Positions 1 through 10,584 are shown, counted from the stretch's first letter. The stretch is 64,000 bases of DNA from an uncultured Phycisphaerales bacterium (GCA_963772725.1 CAVYYI010000005.1:212244-276243); one strand, 5' to 3'. The notes: generated by a model from the sequence alone, not told the origin. Numbers and translations: made by a program.

Positions 1-493
1 CTTATGTCCAAACTCGCGCTGGGAAGAAAAAATTGGCCTAAGCTAAACGAACAACATCGCGAAAAATTCACAAACTTATTTGTCGAACGGTTAAAGAATT
101 TTTATCTCGAAAAAATAACCCTCTACAAGGATGAAAAAGTATTATTCAAACCCGCGACGCAAAAAAAGAACATTATCCAGATACCTATGGTGCTTGATAT
201 CGGATGGCAAAGAGACAGCCATACTATACAAGCTTCACAGGATGGACCAGGCCGGCAGAAAAACCAGCGAATACTGGAAAATCTACGATGTCGAAATAGA
301 AGGCATCAGCATTCTAATGACATACCAGTCGCAATTCGATGATATTCTTCGCCGCGGCAGCCTTAATGACCTTATTGATCAGTTGGAAAACGCCGCCCAG
401 CTAATGACAATTTGCTCAACGGATAATTATGAAATATCGTTTACTGCCATATTTATTTTTCGACCGGGTGATTCTCAAAAATCCCGTCGATAG
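1..493 (+). CDS. MlaC/Ttg2D-like periplasmic lipid-binding protein (5' end outside window; one frame switch near 195-200)
   Basis: The ORF enters from the window edge. Frames +1 then +2 read KKNIIQIPMVL / ISDGKETAILYKLHRMDQAGRKTSEYWKIYDVEIEGISILMTYQSQFDDILRRGSLNDLIDQLE. This contains the WKIxDVxIEGIS...YxxQF core typical of MlaC/Ttg2D proteins. The 3' end is uncertain. Confidence 0.5.
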
Positions 494-2922
494 TACTTGT
501 CTGCATGCTGGCAGCGGTCGTTTTTCTCGGGTTCGGGATCAAATATTTCAGGCTGGACGCTTCCGCGGAAACTCTGGTTCTGGAGAATGACCAGGACCTC
601 AAGTATGCCCGTCAGATTGATCCCGGTATGGAGGCAGTGACTTTCTTGTTCTGACGTTCACACCGAAAGACGACATCTTCTCGGACAGAACACTTGGATA
701 CACTGGGGCATCTTCGCGACGACCTGAAACAAATCAGCGACGTCGAATCTGTGCTGACGATCCTGGATGTGCCTCTGCTGGAAAGCCCGCCGATTCCCCT
801 CAAGGAAATGGGCATCCACGACCCGCACCCTCGAGTCACCCGACGTGGACAAGGCATTGGCCAGAAAGGAACTAAAGGAAAGCCCCCTCTACAATGACCT
901 TCTGGTCAGTCCCGACCTGAAAACCACAGCGATACTAATCACATTCCCCAACGATCTTCACTACGAAAACCTCGTGGAGCGACGAAACGCCTTGCATGAG
1001 AAGAGGGCGTCAGGTTCGTTGACGCCTGCTGAGCAGGTCGAGCTAAAGATTGTGGCCCGTCAGTTCGCTCAGTACCACGACAAGGTTCGTCAGCAGCGTC
1101 ACGACGACATCATCGCCATCCGCGCAGATAATGGACCACTATCGCCAGGACGGCGCCTTGTTTCTTGGCGGGATGAGCATGATAGCCGACGACATGATAA
1201 GCTTCATCAAAAGCGACCTGCGGGTTTTCGGGACCGCGGTATTCCTGCTGCTGGTGCTCACTATCGCGAGTTATCTTCCGCAGAACCTACTGGGTCATCC
1301 TGCCCACTATTGACCTGTTTGGTTTCCGTAGCTTGCACTGTTGGGATTCCTGGGCTGGTTCGGCTGGGAAGTAACGGTCATCAGTTCCAACTTCATCTCC
1401 CTTCAACTGATCATTACGCTGGCCATGACCATCCACCTGATGGTCGGTACCGGGAGCTGGCTGCCGAACAACCCCAGGCCTGTCAGCACGAATTGATTCT
1501 CAGCACAATCCAGACTATGTGGCGGCCGTGCGTGTATTCGGGCCTGACCACAATGATGGGTTTCGCGTCCCTGATATTCTGCAATATCCGGCCGATAATT
1601 AATTTCGGCTATATCATGGTCGTTGGTGTGGCAATTTCCATTATTGTGCCGTTCCTGCTTTTGCCGGCCGTGCTGGTACTTATGCCCAGAGACAAACCCT
1701 GGTCAAAACGCAAATCCAGGTGGTCGCTGACCCCTATGCTGGGCCGATTCACAATGGCCCACGGCACCTTGATTATCGTTGCCAGTGCCGTGTTGTTGTT
1801 CGTCAATATCGTTGGGAATACGCAAACTTCAGGTGGAAAACTGTTTTATCAACTACTTCAAATCGACCACCGAAATACACCAGGGGATGAAGGTCCTGGA
1901 CCAGCAGCTCGGCGGGACCACGCCTCTCGATGTGGTCATTGACTTTGGACAGACCGCAGTCCGTCAGAAGCCAACCACCCAATACCGCGGTCAACACCGA
2001 GGATGTGTTCGATGAATTCGAGGATATCGAGACCGCCTCGCAGGAAACAAACACAAGTACTGGTTCACCCCCGATAAGATGGCCCGTATCGCCGCTGTGC
2101 ATGACTATCTTGACAACCTGCCTGAAGCGGGAAAGGTGCTGTCGGTAGTGACTCTCGTAAGGATGATAGAGCGTGTCAACGACGCAAGCCCCTCGATAAC
2201 ATGGAACTGGCCTTATTGTTCAATAAGATACCTGATAAACTCAAGCAGATGCTCGTCAGGCCATACGTGTCAGTTGAGAACAACCAGGTTCGCGTCGCGG
2301 TACGTATCAAGGACTCCATCCCCTTCGTTGAACCGCAACGAGCTGCTCAAAAAAATTCGGACAGACCTGACCGACAAACTCGGCTTCAAGCCGGAGCAGG
2401 TACACCTGGCCGGTACGCTGGTCCTGTACAACAACATGCTTCAAAGCCTGTACACATCCCAGATAGTAACTATGGGTTTTGCCACACTTGTCCCTAATGG
2501 GGACATTCGTCGTATTGTTCCGCTCCCTGCGGATTGCCGTTATCGCCATATTCCCGAACATGCTGGCCATAAGCTGCGTCCTGGGCGTCATGGGCTGGCT
2601 GCATATTCCGCTGGATATGATGACTATTACCATCGCCGCCATTGGCGTCGGTCTCGGCCGACGATGACACAATACACTACATCCACCGCTTTAAGCATGA
2701 GGTCGAGACCGACGGCAGCTACCTCTCGCCCTGCACCGGTCCCACGACAGCATCGGCCATGCCATTTACTATACCACCATAACTTTAGTCATCGGGTTTT
2801 CCATCCTGTGCCTCTCGAATTTCATCCCAACAATATATTTTGGTCTGTTGACGGTCCTGGCAATTACCGTGGCCCTGTTGGCTTCGTTAACCCTGCTGCC
2901 GCAATTACTGGTACTTGATTAA
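429..2922 (+). pseudogene. MMPL/RND-superfamily lipid exporter (HpnN-like); frame broken about 17 times, possibly by sequencing error
   Basis: Eighteen consecutive segments spread over all three + frames each read as good MMPL sequence. Examples: IVLVCMLAAVVFLGFGIKYFRLDASAETLVLENDQDL; GLTTMMGFASLIFCNIRPIINFGYIMVVGVAISIIVPFLLLPAVLVL; LRIAVIAIFPNMLAISCVLGVMGWLHIPLDMMTITIAAIGVGL; DDTIHYIHRF; FIPTIYFGLLTVLAITVALLASLTLLPQLLVLD-stop. The start is ATG 429. Confidence 0.7.
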
Positions 2923-2973
2923 GCCCTATGGCAAAGAGCCTAAGGCCAAGCATAATGAACAGGAGAATGACAA

Positions 2974-3742
2974 ATGAGATACTATTTCCTGATTATGATA
3001 CGGCTTCTCAGCTTGGCCGGTTGCGCCTCTTCCGCCCGGAAAAATCCAAATTCGCCCATTGCATCACCCACCGACGTCAATTCATCAGACGATGCCGACT
3101 TCAATGAATTTGAACCAGAGCTCGCCGAAAACCAAGTCGCCATTCCGGACCCCATCGAATCATGGAACCGGGCGATGTTCGGCTTAATGACAGATTTTAT
3201 TTCTGGGTCGCAAAGCCAGTTATGCAGACTTATGAAAAAATAGTCCCGCAAACCAGCTCGCATCTGCGTTCGCAATTTTTTTGGAAATGTCACCACTCCC
3301 GTGCGTTTTGTTAATTGTCTTCTTCAGGGTAAAGGCCCACAGGCAAACAGAGAATTGCGCCGATTCGGTATAAATACCACCGTCGGCGTTCTCGGACTCG
3401 GCGACCCCGCACAAGACAAATACCACCTCTCCCCTACCAAAGAAGACCTCGGCCAAACTCTCGCCGTACACGGCTTACACGATGGCTTTTATGTTGTCTG
3501 GCCCATACTTGGCCCATCAACTTTGAGAGATTCCGCAGGAACCATAGGCGATGCCTTCCTAAATCCCGTCCATTACGTTAAACCCACCGAAGCTTCCATC
3601 GGCATCTACGCATCCGATTTCGTCAACACCGGCTCATTCCACATCGGAGACTACGAGTCCGTTCAAGTCCGCCTCCGTTGACACCTATATAGCAATCCGC
3701 CAGGCATATATCCAATACCGCACCAAACAAATCAAAGAGTAA
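2974..3742 (+). pseudogene. mlaA: MlaA/VacJ-family outer-membrane lipoprotein; three frame switches
   Basis: There is a lipobox (LLSLAGCAS), followed by DPIESWNRAMFG, NDRFYFWVAKPV, NFFGNVTTPVRFVNCLLQGK, RFGINTTVGVLGLGDPA, EDLGQTLAVHGL..YVVWPILGPSTLRDSAG and DTYIAIRQAYIQYRTKQIKE-stop. The pieces lie in different frames, with switches near 3185, 3255 and 3665. Confidence 0.7.
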
Positions 3743-3966
3743 CTATATGAATATTTCTGAACCATTCCGCATCGTTTAGCCGTGGCACCTGCCTGCACTG
3801 AACAACTCCCCTGCCCGCAGGTGGCGGAGTAAGATAACTTACGGCGGTGAGCGGCAAGGATAATAGTTTTCAGTCGTGAGTTCGCCGCAGCGAATCTTCT
3901 ATTTGGGATTTTGAGTTAGAAAAATCAAGGCGGTTAAACGGTTTAGGTAAAAAAACGGCATAGACC

Positions 3967-3995
3967 TTGCTATTTTGGTGTGGTTGTGGTAGATT
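3967..3995 (+). promoter_or_regulatory. Candidate sigma70-type promoter for pyrR (TTGCTA-N17-TAGATT)
   Basis: Hexamers at 3967-3972 and 3990-3995 have a 17-nt spacer and lie about 45 nt upstream of the pyrR ATG. AAGGAA precedes the start codon. Confidence 0.35.
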
Positions 3996-4041
3996 CTGTG
4001 AAAATCAAGCTGAAACGCCATATTAAGGAACAGCATCGGAT

Positions 4042-4563
4042 ATGAAGGTAATTTTGGATTCGGGACAAATCGGGCAAATCCTCGAGGATTTGACAAATCG
4101 TGTTATTTCTCAGATACCCAAAGGGCAGGATATCGCGGTAATCGGGGTTCGCAGTAGGGGTGAAATCATCGCGCAGCGGCTGGCAAAACGCCTGTCAAAA
4201 AAGCTCAGCAGAAATATTCCCTGTGGAACGCTTGATATTACGCTGTACCGCGACGACCTGAATTCGCCGCAAAAGTACGCGCAGCCGCAGGTGCGGGCGA
4301 CGGAAATCGGCTTCGATATCGACGACAAAATAATAATACTGGTCGATGACGTTTTATACACGGGCAGGTCAACGCGGGCGGCGATGGATGCGCTTATCGA
4401 CCTTGGCAGGCCGAAAGCAATCCGGCTGGCGGTTCTGGTTGAACGGATCGGCAGGGAGTTTCCGATACAGGCGGATTATTCAGGAATCAAGGCGGACGTT
4501 TCGCCGGAAGAATCCGTGCAGGTTAATCTCGTGGAATCCGATGGAAAAGACGAGGTAGTATGA
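4042..4563 (+). CDS. pyrR: Bifunctional pyrimidine operon regulator / uracil phosphoribosyltransferase PyrR
   Basis: The 173-aa ORF is intact. It carries the PRTase motif IIILVDDVLYTGRSTRAA and has PyrR-like length and layout. It sits immediately upstream of pyrB and pyrC. Confidence 0.9.
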   Translation: MKVILDSGQIGQILEDLTNRVISQIPKGQDIAVIGVRSRGEIIAQRLAKRLSKKLSRNIPCGTLDITLYRDDLNSPQKYAQPQVRATEIGFDIDDKIIILVDDVLYTGRSTRAAMDALIDLGRPKAIRLAVLVERIGREFPIQADYSGIKADVSPEESVQVNLVESDGKDEVV

Positions 4564-4582
4564 ATCAGCGTATACTAAAGAT

Positions 4583-5527
4583 ATGACACAGCAATTAAAT
4601 CGAATGGACCCGCAAGCATCTGCTTGGTCTGCGAGAGTTAAGCGCGGAGGAAATCACTTATATTCTCGACACCGCCAAAGGCTTCGAGGAGATAAGCACA
4701 CGCTCGATAAAAAAGGCCCCGCCGTTGCGAGGCAAAGTCGTGGTGAATCTTTTCTTCGAGGACAGCACGCGGACGCGAAACAGTTTTACGCTGGCGGCCA
4801 GCCGGCTCAGCGCCGATGTTATCGAGTTTACCGAAAAGGTCAGTTCCGTCAGCAAGGGTGAGACGCTGCTCGATACGGCGAAAAATCTCGAGGCGATGGG
4901 AATCGATATTGTCGTAATCCGCCATAACGCCGGCGGTGTGCCGCAGCTTGTTGAGTAAAAATATCAACGCCTGCGTGGTCAATGCCGGCGACGGATTCTG
5001 CGAGCATCCGACACAGGGACTGCTGGACGTTTACACAATTCGCAAAATCAAAGGCAGCCTCGAAGGTCTCAAGATCGCGATAGTCGGTGACATCGCTCAT
5101 TCCCGCGTTGCCCGCAGCGATATGTGGGCAATGACGAAACTCGGCGCCGAAGTGATATTCGTCGGGCCGCCGACCCTGATGCCCCCGGAGGTGAGCAAGC
5201 TGCCGGTCAAGGTGAGTTATTCGCTCGATGAGGTGATTGAAAAAGTTGACGTTATAAATATGCTGCGGATACAGTTCGAGCGGCAGGGCGGCAATCCCTT
5301 CCCCTCGGTGCGGGAGTATTCGCATTATTTCGGCCTGACGGTCGAGCGGATGAAAAGGCCAAACGCCGACATTATCGTGATGCACCCCGGTCCGATTAAC
5401 CGCGGCGTGGAAATAGAAAGCGAAGTCGCCGACGGAGCAAACAGCGTTATACTCCAGCAGGTGAACAAACGGTTTGGCTGTACGAATGGCGGTACTGTTC
5501 CTGGTCAACCAGGCCGCGACAAATTAG
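4583..5527 (+). pseudogene. pyrB: Aspartate carbamoyltransferase catalytic subunit; three frame switches, possibly sequencing error
   Basis: Recognisable motifs are LLGLRELSAEEITYILDTAKGF, NLFFEDSTRTRNSF (STRTR carbamoyl-phosphate motif), HPTQGLLD, HPGPINRGVEI and QQV/TNGLAVRMAVLFLV-stop. The segments lie in three frames, with switches near 4600, 4955 and 5462. The exact start is uncertain (ATG 4560 or 4583). Confidence 0.8.
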
Positions 5528-5538
5528 CGAAGTAAATT

Positions 5539-6820
5539 ATGAATCAAACACTTTTGATAAGAAATGGCCGTGTCATAGACCCTGCGAATAACATCGACAG
5601 GAAATGCGATATTCTTATTGTTGACGGGAAAATCGCCGAGGTCGGAAGAGTTGAACCGCTCTGCGGAAACGGTGATTGACGCGACGGGCAAACTGGTAAC
5701 GCCCGGCCTGATTGATATTCACGTTCATTTTCGTGAGCCGGGAGACGAAGAAGAGGAAACCATCGCGAGCGGTTCGGCGGCGGCGGTGGCGGCGGGGTTT
5801 ACATCGGTTGTGTGTATGCCGAACACAACTCCGCCTATCGAGAGTGAAACGGATGTTGAATATGTTCACCGCAAGGGCAGGCAGGCACGCAAAACTCATG
5901 TTTATGTGATGGGGGCGATCACGAAAAAGCGTGAAGGCGTTGAACTTGCGGAGATGGGTTTTATGGCTGAGGCCGGCGCCGTAGGTTTTACCGACGACGG
6001 CAACGGGGTTCAGAATCCGGCGGTAATGCTGAGGGCGATGAAATACGCTTCGATGTTCAATGTCGTGATTGCACAGCACTGTCAGGACGATAATTTTGTC
6101 GGTAACGGCGTGATGAATTCCGGCTACTATTCAACGATTCTCGGGCTGCCGGGAATGGACGCTCTCGCGGAAGAGGCGATGCTTTGGCGCGATATTCAAT
6201 TAGTTAAAAAAACAAAGGTTCGCTATCACGCTCAGCATATTTCCACTGCCGGTTCAGTGGAATTGATACGCGCCGCGAAAAATATGAATCTCCCTGTAAG
6301 CTGTGAGGTAACGCCGCACCATCTGCTGTTGACCGAGGAAAGCTGCGCAGAATATGATACAAATTATAAGGTCAGTCCCCCGCTGCGAACGGTCAAAGAT
6401 ATCGAGGCGATTAAAGAAGCTATAAAAGAAGGGCTGATTGACGCCCTGGCGACAGACCACGCGCCGCATCTGCAGAGCGAAAAAGAGCTGGAGTTTCTGG
6501 CCGCACCATTTGGGATAGCCAGTCTCGAATGCGCGTTGGGTCTTTATATCAAGGCGCTTATCGAACCGGGAATCCTGGATTGGCCGGGCTTAATCAGGAT
6601 GATGACGGAAAGGCCAGCGAAAATAATCGGAATCGACAAAGGCACGTTAGGCAGGGGCAAACAGGCCGATGTTACTATTATCGACCCGAATTATGAATAT
6701 AAAATAGACGTCAATAAATTCATTTCCAAGAGCAGGAATTGTCCCTATCACGGCTGGCCGGTAAAAGGCAGGGCTGAAAAAACAATCGTCGGCGGCGAAA
6801 TCAGATACAGCTCCAAATAA
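5539..6820 (+). CDS. pyrC: Dihydroorotase; one frame switch near 5650-5660
   Basis: MNQTLLIRNGRVIDP...DILIVDGKIAEVG (from ATG 5539) continues after one frame switch as ETVIDATGKLVTPGLIDIHVHFREPG ... ATDHAPH. These are amidohydrolase metal-binding motifs. The main ORF is 5618-6820. Confidence 0.85.
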
Positions 6821-6874
6821 CCGTGATTTCTTAACGCACTCATTTTCGCGCTTAATTTAGGCAAATTTTAGCGA

Positions 6875-8215
6875 TTATTTCCCAAAATGTTTTTTGATTT
6901 GGTTTGCGATTTGAGCGATGCGGATAAGGCAGAAAAGGATGGTTAAACGCAAATCTGAACCGGCGGCGGCATGGAACTGGGTGATTCTGTCGGCGGCGGC
7001 AGTTAAGTTGCCCATCGCGAAATAGACCGTCGCTGAATCCTTTAAGGCCTTTAAATGGCAGGGGTTAAGACCAACAGCGCGTTCAAAAGATTTTACGGCT
7101 TCATCGTACTGGCGGACGGACGTGTTGACCAGGCCGAGATAATAATAAACCTCCGCGTTTGTCGGGTCGATGTCGGATGCCTTGAGTAAACAGTGTGCCG
7201 CGTAGAGCGACTCATTTAATTCGAGAAACATAAGTGCCATTGAAATGAGGATTTCCGGATTTTCCGGTGAGAGTTCAAGTTCGCTGAGCAGATATGATTT
7301 GGCTGCGCCTTTATTGCCGCGCGTCAGGGCAAGCTGTGCGAGCCGGTAACGCGGGCCGGCCGATTCGCCGCATTGCATCGCGTCGTTAAATAAATTCGAG
7401 GCCTGTTCGTAATCGTCCCCGTTAAACGCGATTTCGCCAAGATAAAATAGTGCCGCGGAGGTGTCGGGCTTTAGTTCGAGGACACGATGGAATTTTTCCT
7501 TCGCTGATTCGATGCTGCCGGATTCGAGCTGCAATAATCCGAAATCGAGGATGACCTCTGTATCGCCTGGATTTGCGCGAAGCTCGATAAGGAAATATTC
7601 TTCAGCCTTTGTGAAATCGCCGTCAGACCAGCACGCCTGCGCGATTCGATAATTGATTTGCGGATGGGTTGGTTCGAGTTCGGCGGTCTTTTGCCAGCAT
7701 CTTATCGCTTTTTTGTATTGGCCTCGAATGAAAAGGCTGTTGCCGATATTGTAGTAACACAGGGCGCAGTCGGGTTCAATCTGCTGGGCGAGGTAGAACA
7801 TCTGCTCTGCCAAATCGTGCTGTTCCATTTCAGCATAGGTGATAATCCTGTTGCAATAGCAGGGTTCAAAGGCTGGGTCGAGTTTTTCAATCTGCTCGAA
7901 AAGAGCGATGCCGCGGTCGTACTGGCCTGTGCGGGTGTAATCGACGGCCAGCGAATTCATCGTTTCAGGGTCCATGGGATTGAGTTCGAGGGCGGTTTCA
8001 TATTCGCGGATGGCGTCCTCGAAGCGGTTAAGAGCGTCGAGTGCCAGGGCCTTATTGAAATGCAAAGCGCTGTTTGAGGGGTTTATGTCGATGGCTTCCT
8101 GCAGCTCGATGAGGGCTTGCGGGAGCTTGCCGTTTTCGTAAAGCTCAAAGGCCGCGCGGGCCTTGCTTTCGGCCTTATCGTAAGAGTCAAAATTTGTATC
8201 TTCTTCGAACATCAT
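6875..8215 (-). CDS. Tetratricopeptide (TPR) repeat protein
   Basis: The 446-aa ORF is built from about 10 repeated 34-residue A/Y/L-rich units, for example ALHFNKALALDALNRFEDAIREYETALELNP. Confidence 0.8.
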   Translation of the reverse strand: MMFEEDTNFDSYDKAESKARAAFELYENGKLPQALIELQEAIDINPSNSALHFNKALALDALNRFEDAIREYETALELNPMDPETMNSLAVDYTRTGQYDRGIALFEQIEKLDPAFEPCYCNRIITYAEMEQHDLAEQMFYLAQQIEPDCALCYYNIGNSLFIRGQYKKAIRCWQKTAELEPTHPQINYRIAQACWSDGDFTKAEEYFLIELRANPGDTEVILDFGLLQLESGSIESAKEKFHRVLELKPDTSAALFYLGEIAFNGDDYEQASNLFNDAMQCGESAGPRYRLAQLALTRGNKGAAKSYLLSELELSPENPEILISMALMFLELNESLYAAHCLLKASDIDPTNAEVYYYLGLVNTSVRQYDEAVKSFERAVGLNPCHLKALKDSATVYFAMGNLTAAADRITQFHAAAGSDLRLTILFCLIRIAQIANQIKKHFGK

Positions 8216-8522
8216 AAACCATCTTTATTTCAATAGTTAGACTATAACTTTACGAAAAGTTTATCGCTCGATAAACCATGCGGAATTAGGCGTTTTTGGC
8301 GGATTGGGACGTTTTTTTATGTTGAATGAAATTTTGCTGGAAATTTTAAGTGTAACTTCTTATAATTACGAAAGTTAGCCTGAAGATGGCGAAATGACAC
8401 CGGAGAAATAATCAGACTATATAACTGTTTTTCTGGAAAAGCAGCGGCGAAAGTCTTATAATATCCAAAAATTTTGGATTAAATAAAATTCTCTATTAAC
8501 CCATTATGGGAGAAGCTTAAAT

Positions 8523-8987
8523 ATGGTAAAGGAAATAAAAGGTCAGATAGCGGCGGGCAAAGGCAATTACGCGATTGTCGTGAGCAGGTTTAACGAATTT
8601 ATAACGTCCAAGCTGGTGGCTGGCGCGGTGGATTGTCTTGAGAGGCATGGCGCGAACGAAAAGCAGGTAACGGTAATTTGGGTACCGGGCGCGTGCGAGA
8701 TTACAATGGCCTCCAAGAAACTCGCAAAGAGCGGGAAATTCGCGGCGGTACTTTGTCTCGGCGCGGTGATTCGAGGACAGACGCAGCATTATGATTATGT
8801 CTGTCAGCAGGTTGTAAGGGGTGTAGCCCAGATAAATTATGAATCCGTGGTGCCTGCGGTTTTTGGTGTGCTGACGTGCGATACGCTTGAGCAGGCTGTT
8901 GACAGGGCTGGGACGAAGATGGGTAACGCCGGCGCGGACGCCGCGATGACCGCGATGGAAATGGCCAGTGTGATGGAACAGATTTAA
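8523..8987 (+). CDS. ribH: 6,7-dimethyl-8-ribityllumazine synthase
   Basis: The ORF is 154 aa and contains AIVVSRFNEFIT, VIWVPGACEI, LGAVIRGQTQHYDYV and FGVLTCDTLEQA. These are classic RibH motifs. Confidence 0.92.
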   Translation: MVKEIKGQIAAGKGNYAIVVSRFNEFITSKLVAGAVDCLERHGANEKQVTVIWVPGACEITMASKKLAKSGKFAAVLCLGAVIRGQTQHYDYVCQQVVRGVAQINYESVVPAVFGVLTCDTLEQAVDRAGTKMGNAGADAAMTAMEMASVMEQI

Positions 8988-9010
8988 TTGTTCATTGAAA
9001 ATTTATTATT

Positions 9011-9466
9011 GTGAAATTGGCAGACAATCTCTTGGAAAAAAGTCGGCAGATTGATAAGAGGACCAGGGCCAGGGCTTTGGCGGTACAATCCCTGTATCAG
9101 CTCGAAGTCCAGGGAGCCGGCTTGCTGGAGCAGCTTGGCAGTTTTCTGATTGAAAACGAGCAGGAAGAGTCGGTGCGGGAACAGGCGATGGAATGGGTTA
9201 AAGGGACATGGGAGAACCTCAAGGAATGCGACGAGATGATAGCGGCATCAATAATCAGGTGGGACATGTCCAGGCTGTGTCTTGTGGATAAAAGCATATT
9301 GAGATTGGCCGTTTATCAGTTGCGGTTCTGTAAGGATGTACCGCCGAAAGTCGCGATAAATGAGGCGATTGAGCTTGCCAAAACGTTCAGCACGGCGCAG
9401 TCGCCTGGTTTCGTTAACGGTGTGCTGGACGCTGTGATGAAAAAGTTAAAACCAGAGATGCAATGA
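9011..9466 (+). CDS. nusB: Transcription antitermination factor NusB
   Basis: The 151-aa ORF lies directly after ribH, the conserved ribH-nusB pairing. It contains RARALAVQSLYQLE and the C-terminal motif AINEAIELAKTFS...GFVNGVLD. It has a GTG start. Confidence 0.85.
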   Translation: MKLADNLLEKSRQIDKRTRARALAVQSLYQLEVQGAGLLEQLGSFLIENEQEESVREQAMEWVKGTWENLKECDEMIAASIIRWDMSRLCLVDKSILRLAVYQLRFCKDVPPKVAINEAIELAKTFSTAQSPGFVNGVLDAVMKKLKPEMQ

Positions 9467-10560
9467 GGATAATAGCGGTATTAAATCAAAAGGGCGGGGT
9501 GGGCAAAACCACGACGGTGGTTAATACCGCGGCGGCACTTGCCAATTTGGGGATGAGAGTTGCGGCGCTTGACCTCGACCCTCAGGCGCATTTGACGATA
9601 CATCTGGGACTCGACCCTGAAACTATCGAGGCAGGCTCATATAAAGTGCTGACGCAGTCGGCGGACTTCGAGGGCGAGCTTCGACAGGTCAGGCCGAATC
9701 TTTGGCTTTTGCCGGCTAATATAAATCTGGTCGGCGCCGAGAGCGAGCTGGTCAGCGTGGTGGGGAGAGAAACGATACTTCGCGAGGCGATTAGTCAGGC
9801 CAGGGACAAGTTCGATTATATGATTATTGATTGTGCTCCATCGCTGGGGTTGCTGACGCTTAATGCGCTTGCCGCCGCTGAGGAGATTTTGATACCGCTT
9901 CAGCCGCACTTTCTCGCGCTGCAGGGGTTTGGCAAACTTCTTCAGACAGTTGAGCTTGTAAATAAGAGAATCAACCCGAACCTCAGGGTCAAGGGTATTT
10001 TGCTTTGCATGTTCGACAGCAGGGCGTCGCTGATGAATGAGGTTAAGGCTGATATAGAGCAGTTTTTAAGCAGCGCCAGAGGCACAAACTGCGCATGGTC
10101 TCAGGCGGAGGTGTTGCCGGTTTGCATTCGCAGAAATATAAAACTGGCTGAAGCGCCGAGTTACGGCAAAACGATTTTCGAGTATGAGCCGGCCTGCAAT
10201 GGCGCGGAGGATTACCGAAAGGTCGCTGAATTTATCCACAATCAAACGAAGCCTAAACCGCCGGAACCACAACCGCAGGTTTCAGCAGAGCCTTTGGAAC
10301 CACAACAAACGCAGGTTATTACAGAGCCGGTTGAACCTGAGCAACAGCAGGTTTCTACAGAAGTGGTAGAAACGCAATCTCAGGCCGCAACGGAGCAGGT
10401 GCCGGTGGAACAACCGCAGGTGGTAGAACAACCACAGCAAATTCAGCCGCAGCCCTCACGCCGCATAAAAGAATTTACCCCGAATTATCAAAAACCTAAA
10501 CCACAAGCTGTTCAGCAGCCATTAGGCAACTCAACTCCGCAATCAAACATTAATATATAG
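9463..10560 (+). CDS. ParA/Soj-family ATPase with a repetitive Glu/Pro/Gln-rich C-terminal tail
   Basis: It has the deviant Walker A KGGVGKTT, DLDPQAHLT and IIDCAPSLG. Its start overlaps the nusB stop (ATGA). The last roughly 110 aa are a low-complexity repeat. Confidence 0.85.
   Translation: MRIIAVLNQKGGVGKTTTVVNTAAALANLGMRVAALDLDPQAHLTIHLGLDPETIEAGSYKVLTQSADFEGELRQVRPNLWLLPANINLVGAESELVSVVGRETILREAISQARDKFDYMIIDCAPSLGLLTLNALAAAEEILIPLQPHFLALQGFGKLLQTVELVNKRINPNLRVKGILLCMFDSRASLMNEVKADIEQFLSSARGTNCAWSQAEVLPVCIRRNIKLAEAPSYGKTIFEYEPACNGAEDYRKVAEFIHNQTKPKPPEPQPQVSAEPLEPQQTQVITEPVEPEQQQVSTEVVETQSQAATEQVPVEQPQVVEQPQQIQPQPSRRIKEFTPNYQKPKPQAVQQPLGNSTPQSNINI
10261..10455 (+). repeat. Imperfect tandem repeat of about 33 nt (11-12 aa units EPxQxQVxxEPx) inside the parA-like gene
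   Basis: The units read EPQPQVSAEPL / EPQQTQVITEPV / EPEQQQVSTEVV / ETQSQAATEQVPV / EQPQVV / EQPQQIQPQP. The nucleotide core GAACCNCAACNNGCAGGT recurs. Confidence 0.7.
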
Positions 10561-10584
10561 GCTATACTTATTTTGTTTGCGGGA

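Noticed and set aside
3743-4041. A possible PyrR-binding attenuator upstream of pyrR and pyrB.
   Set aside because: There is no PyrR binding-loop-like sequence (the CCAGAGAGG type) and no terminator/antiterminator pair. A weak hairpin CACCTGC...GCAGGTG is present at about 3790-3830, but it has no U-tract.
4560-4604. ATG 4560 (ATGA overlap with the pyrR stop) as the true pyrB start.
   Set aside because: That frame matches the main pyrB frame but contains two in-frame stops (4584 and 4596) before the conserved region. This cannot be resolved without corrected sequence, so I report the start as uncertain.
8216-8522. A possible FMN (RFN) riboswitch upstream of ribH.
   Set aside because: I could not find the conserved RFN core helices and motifs. 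Only a short GGGAGAAG-like string lies near the RBS. A covariance-model search would be decisive.
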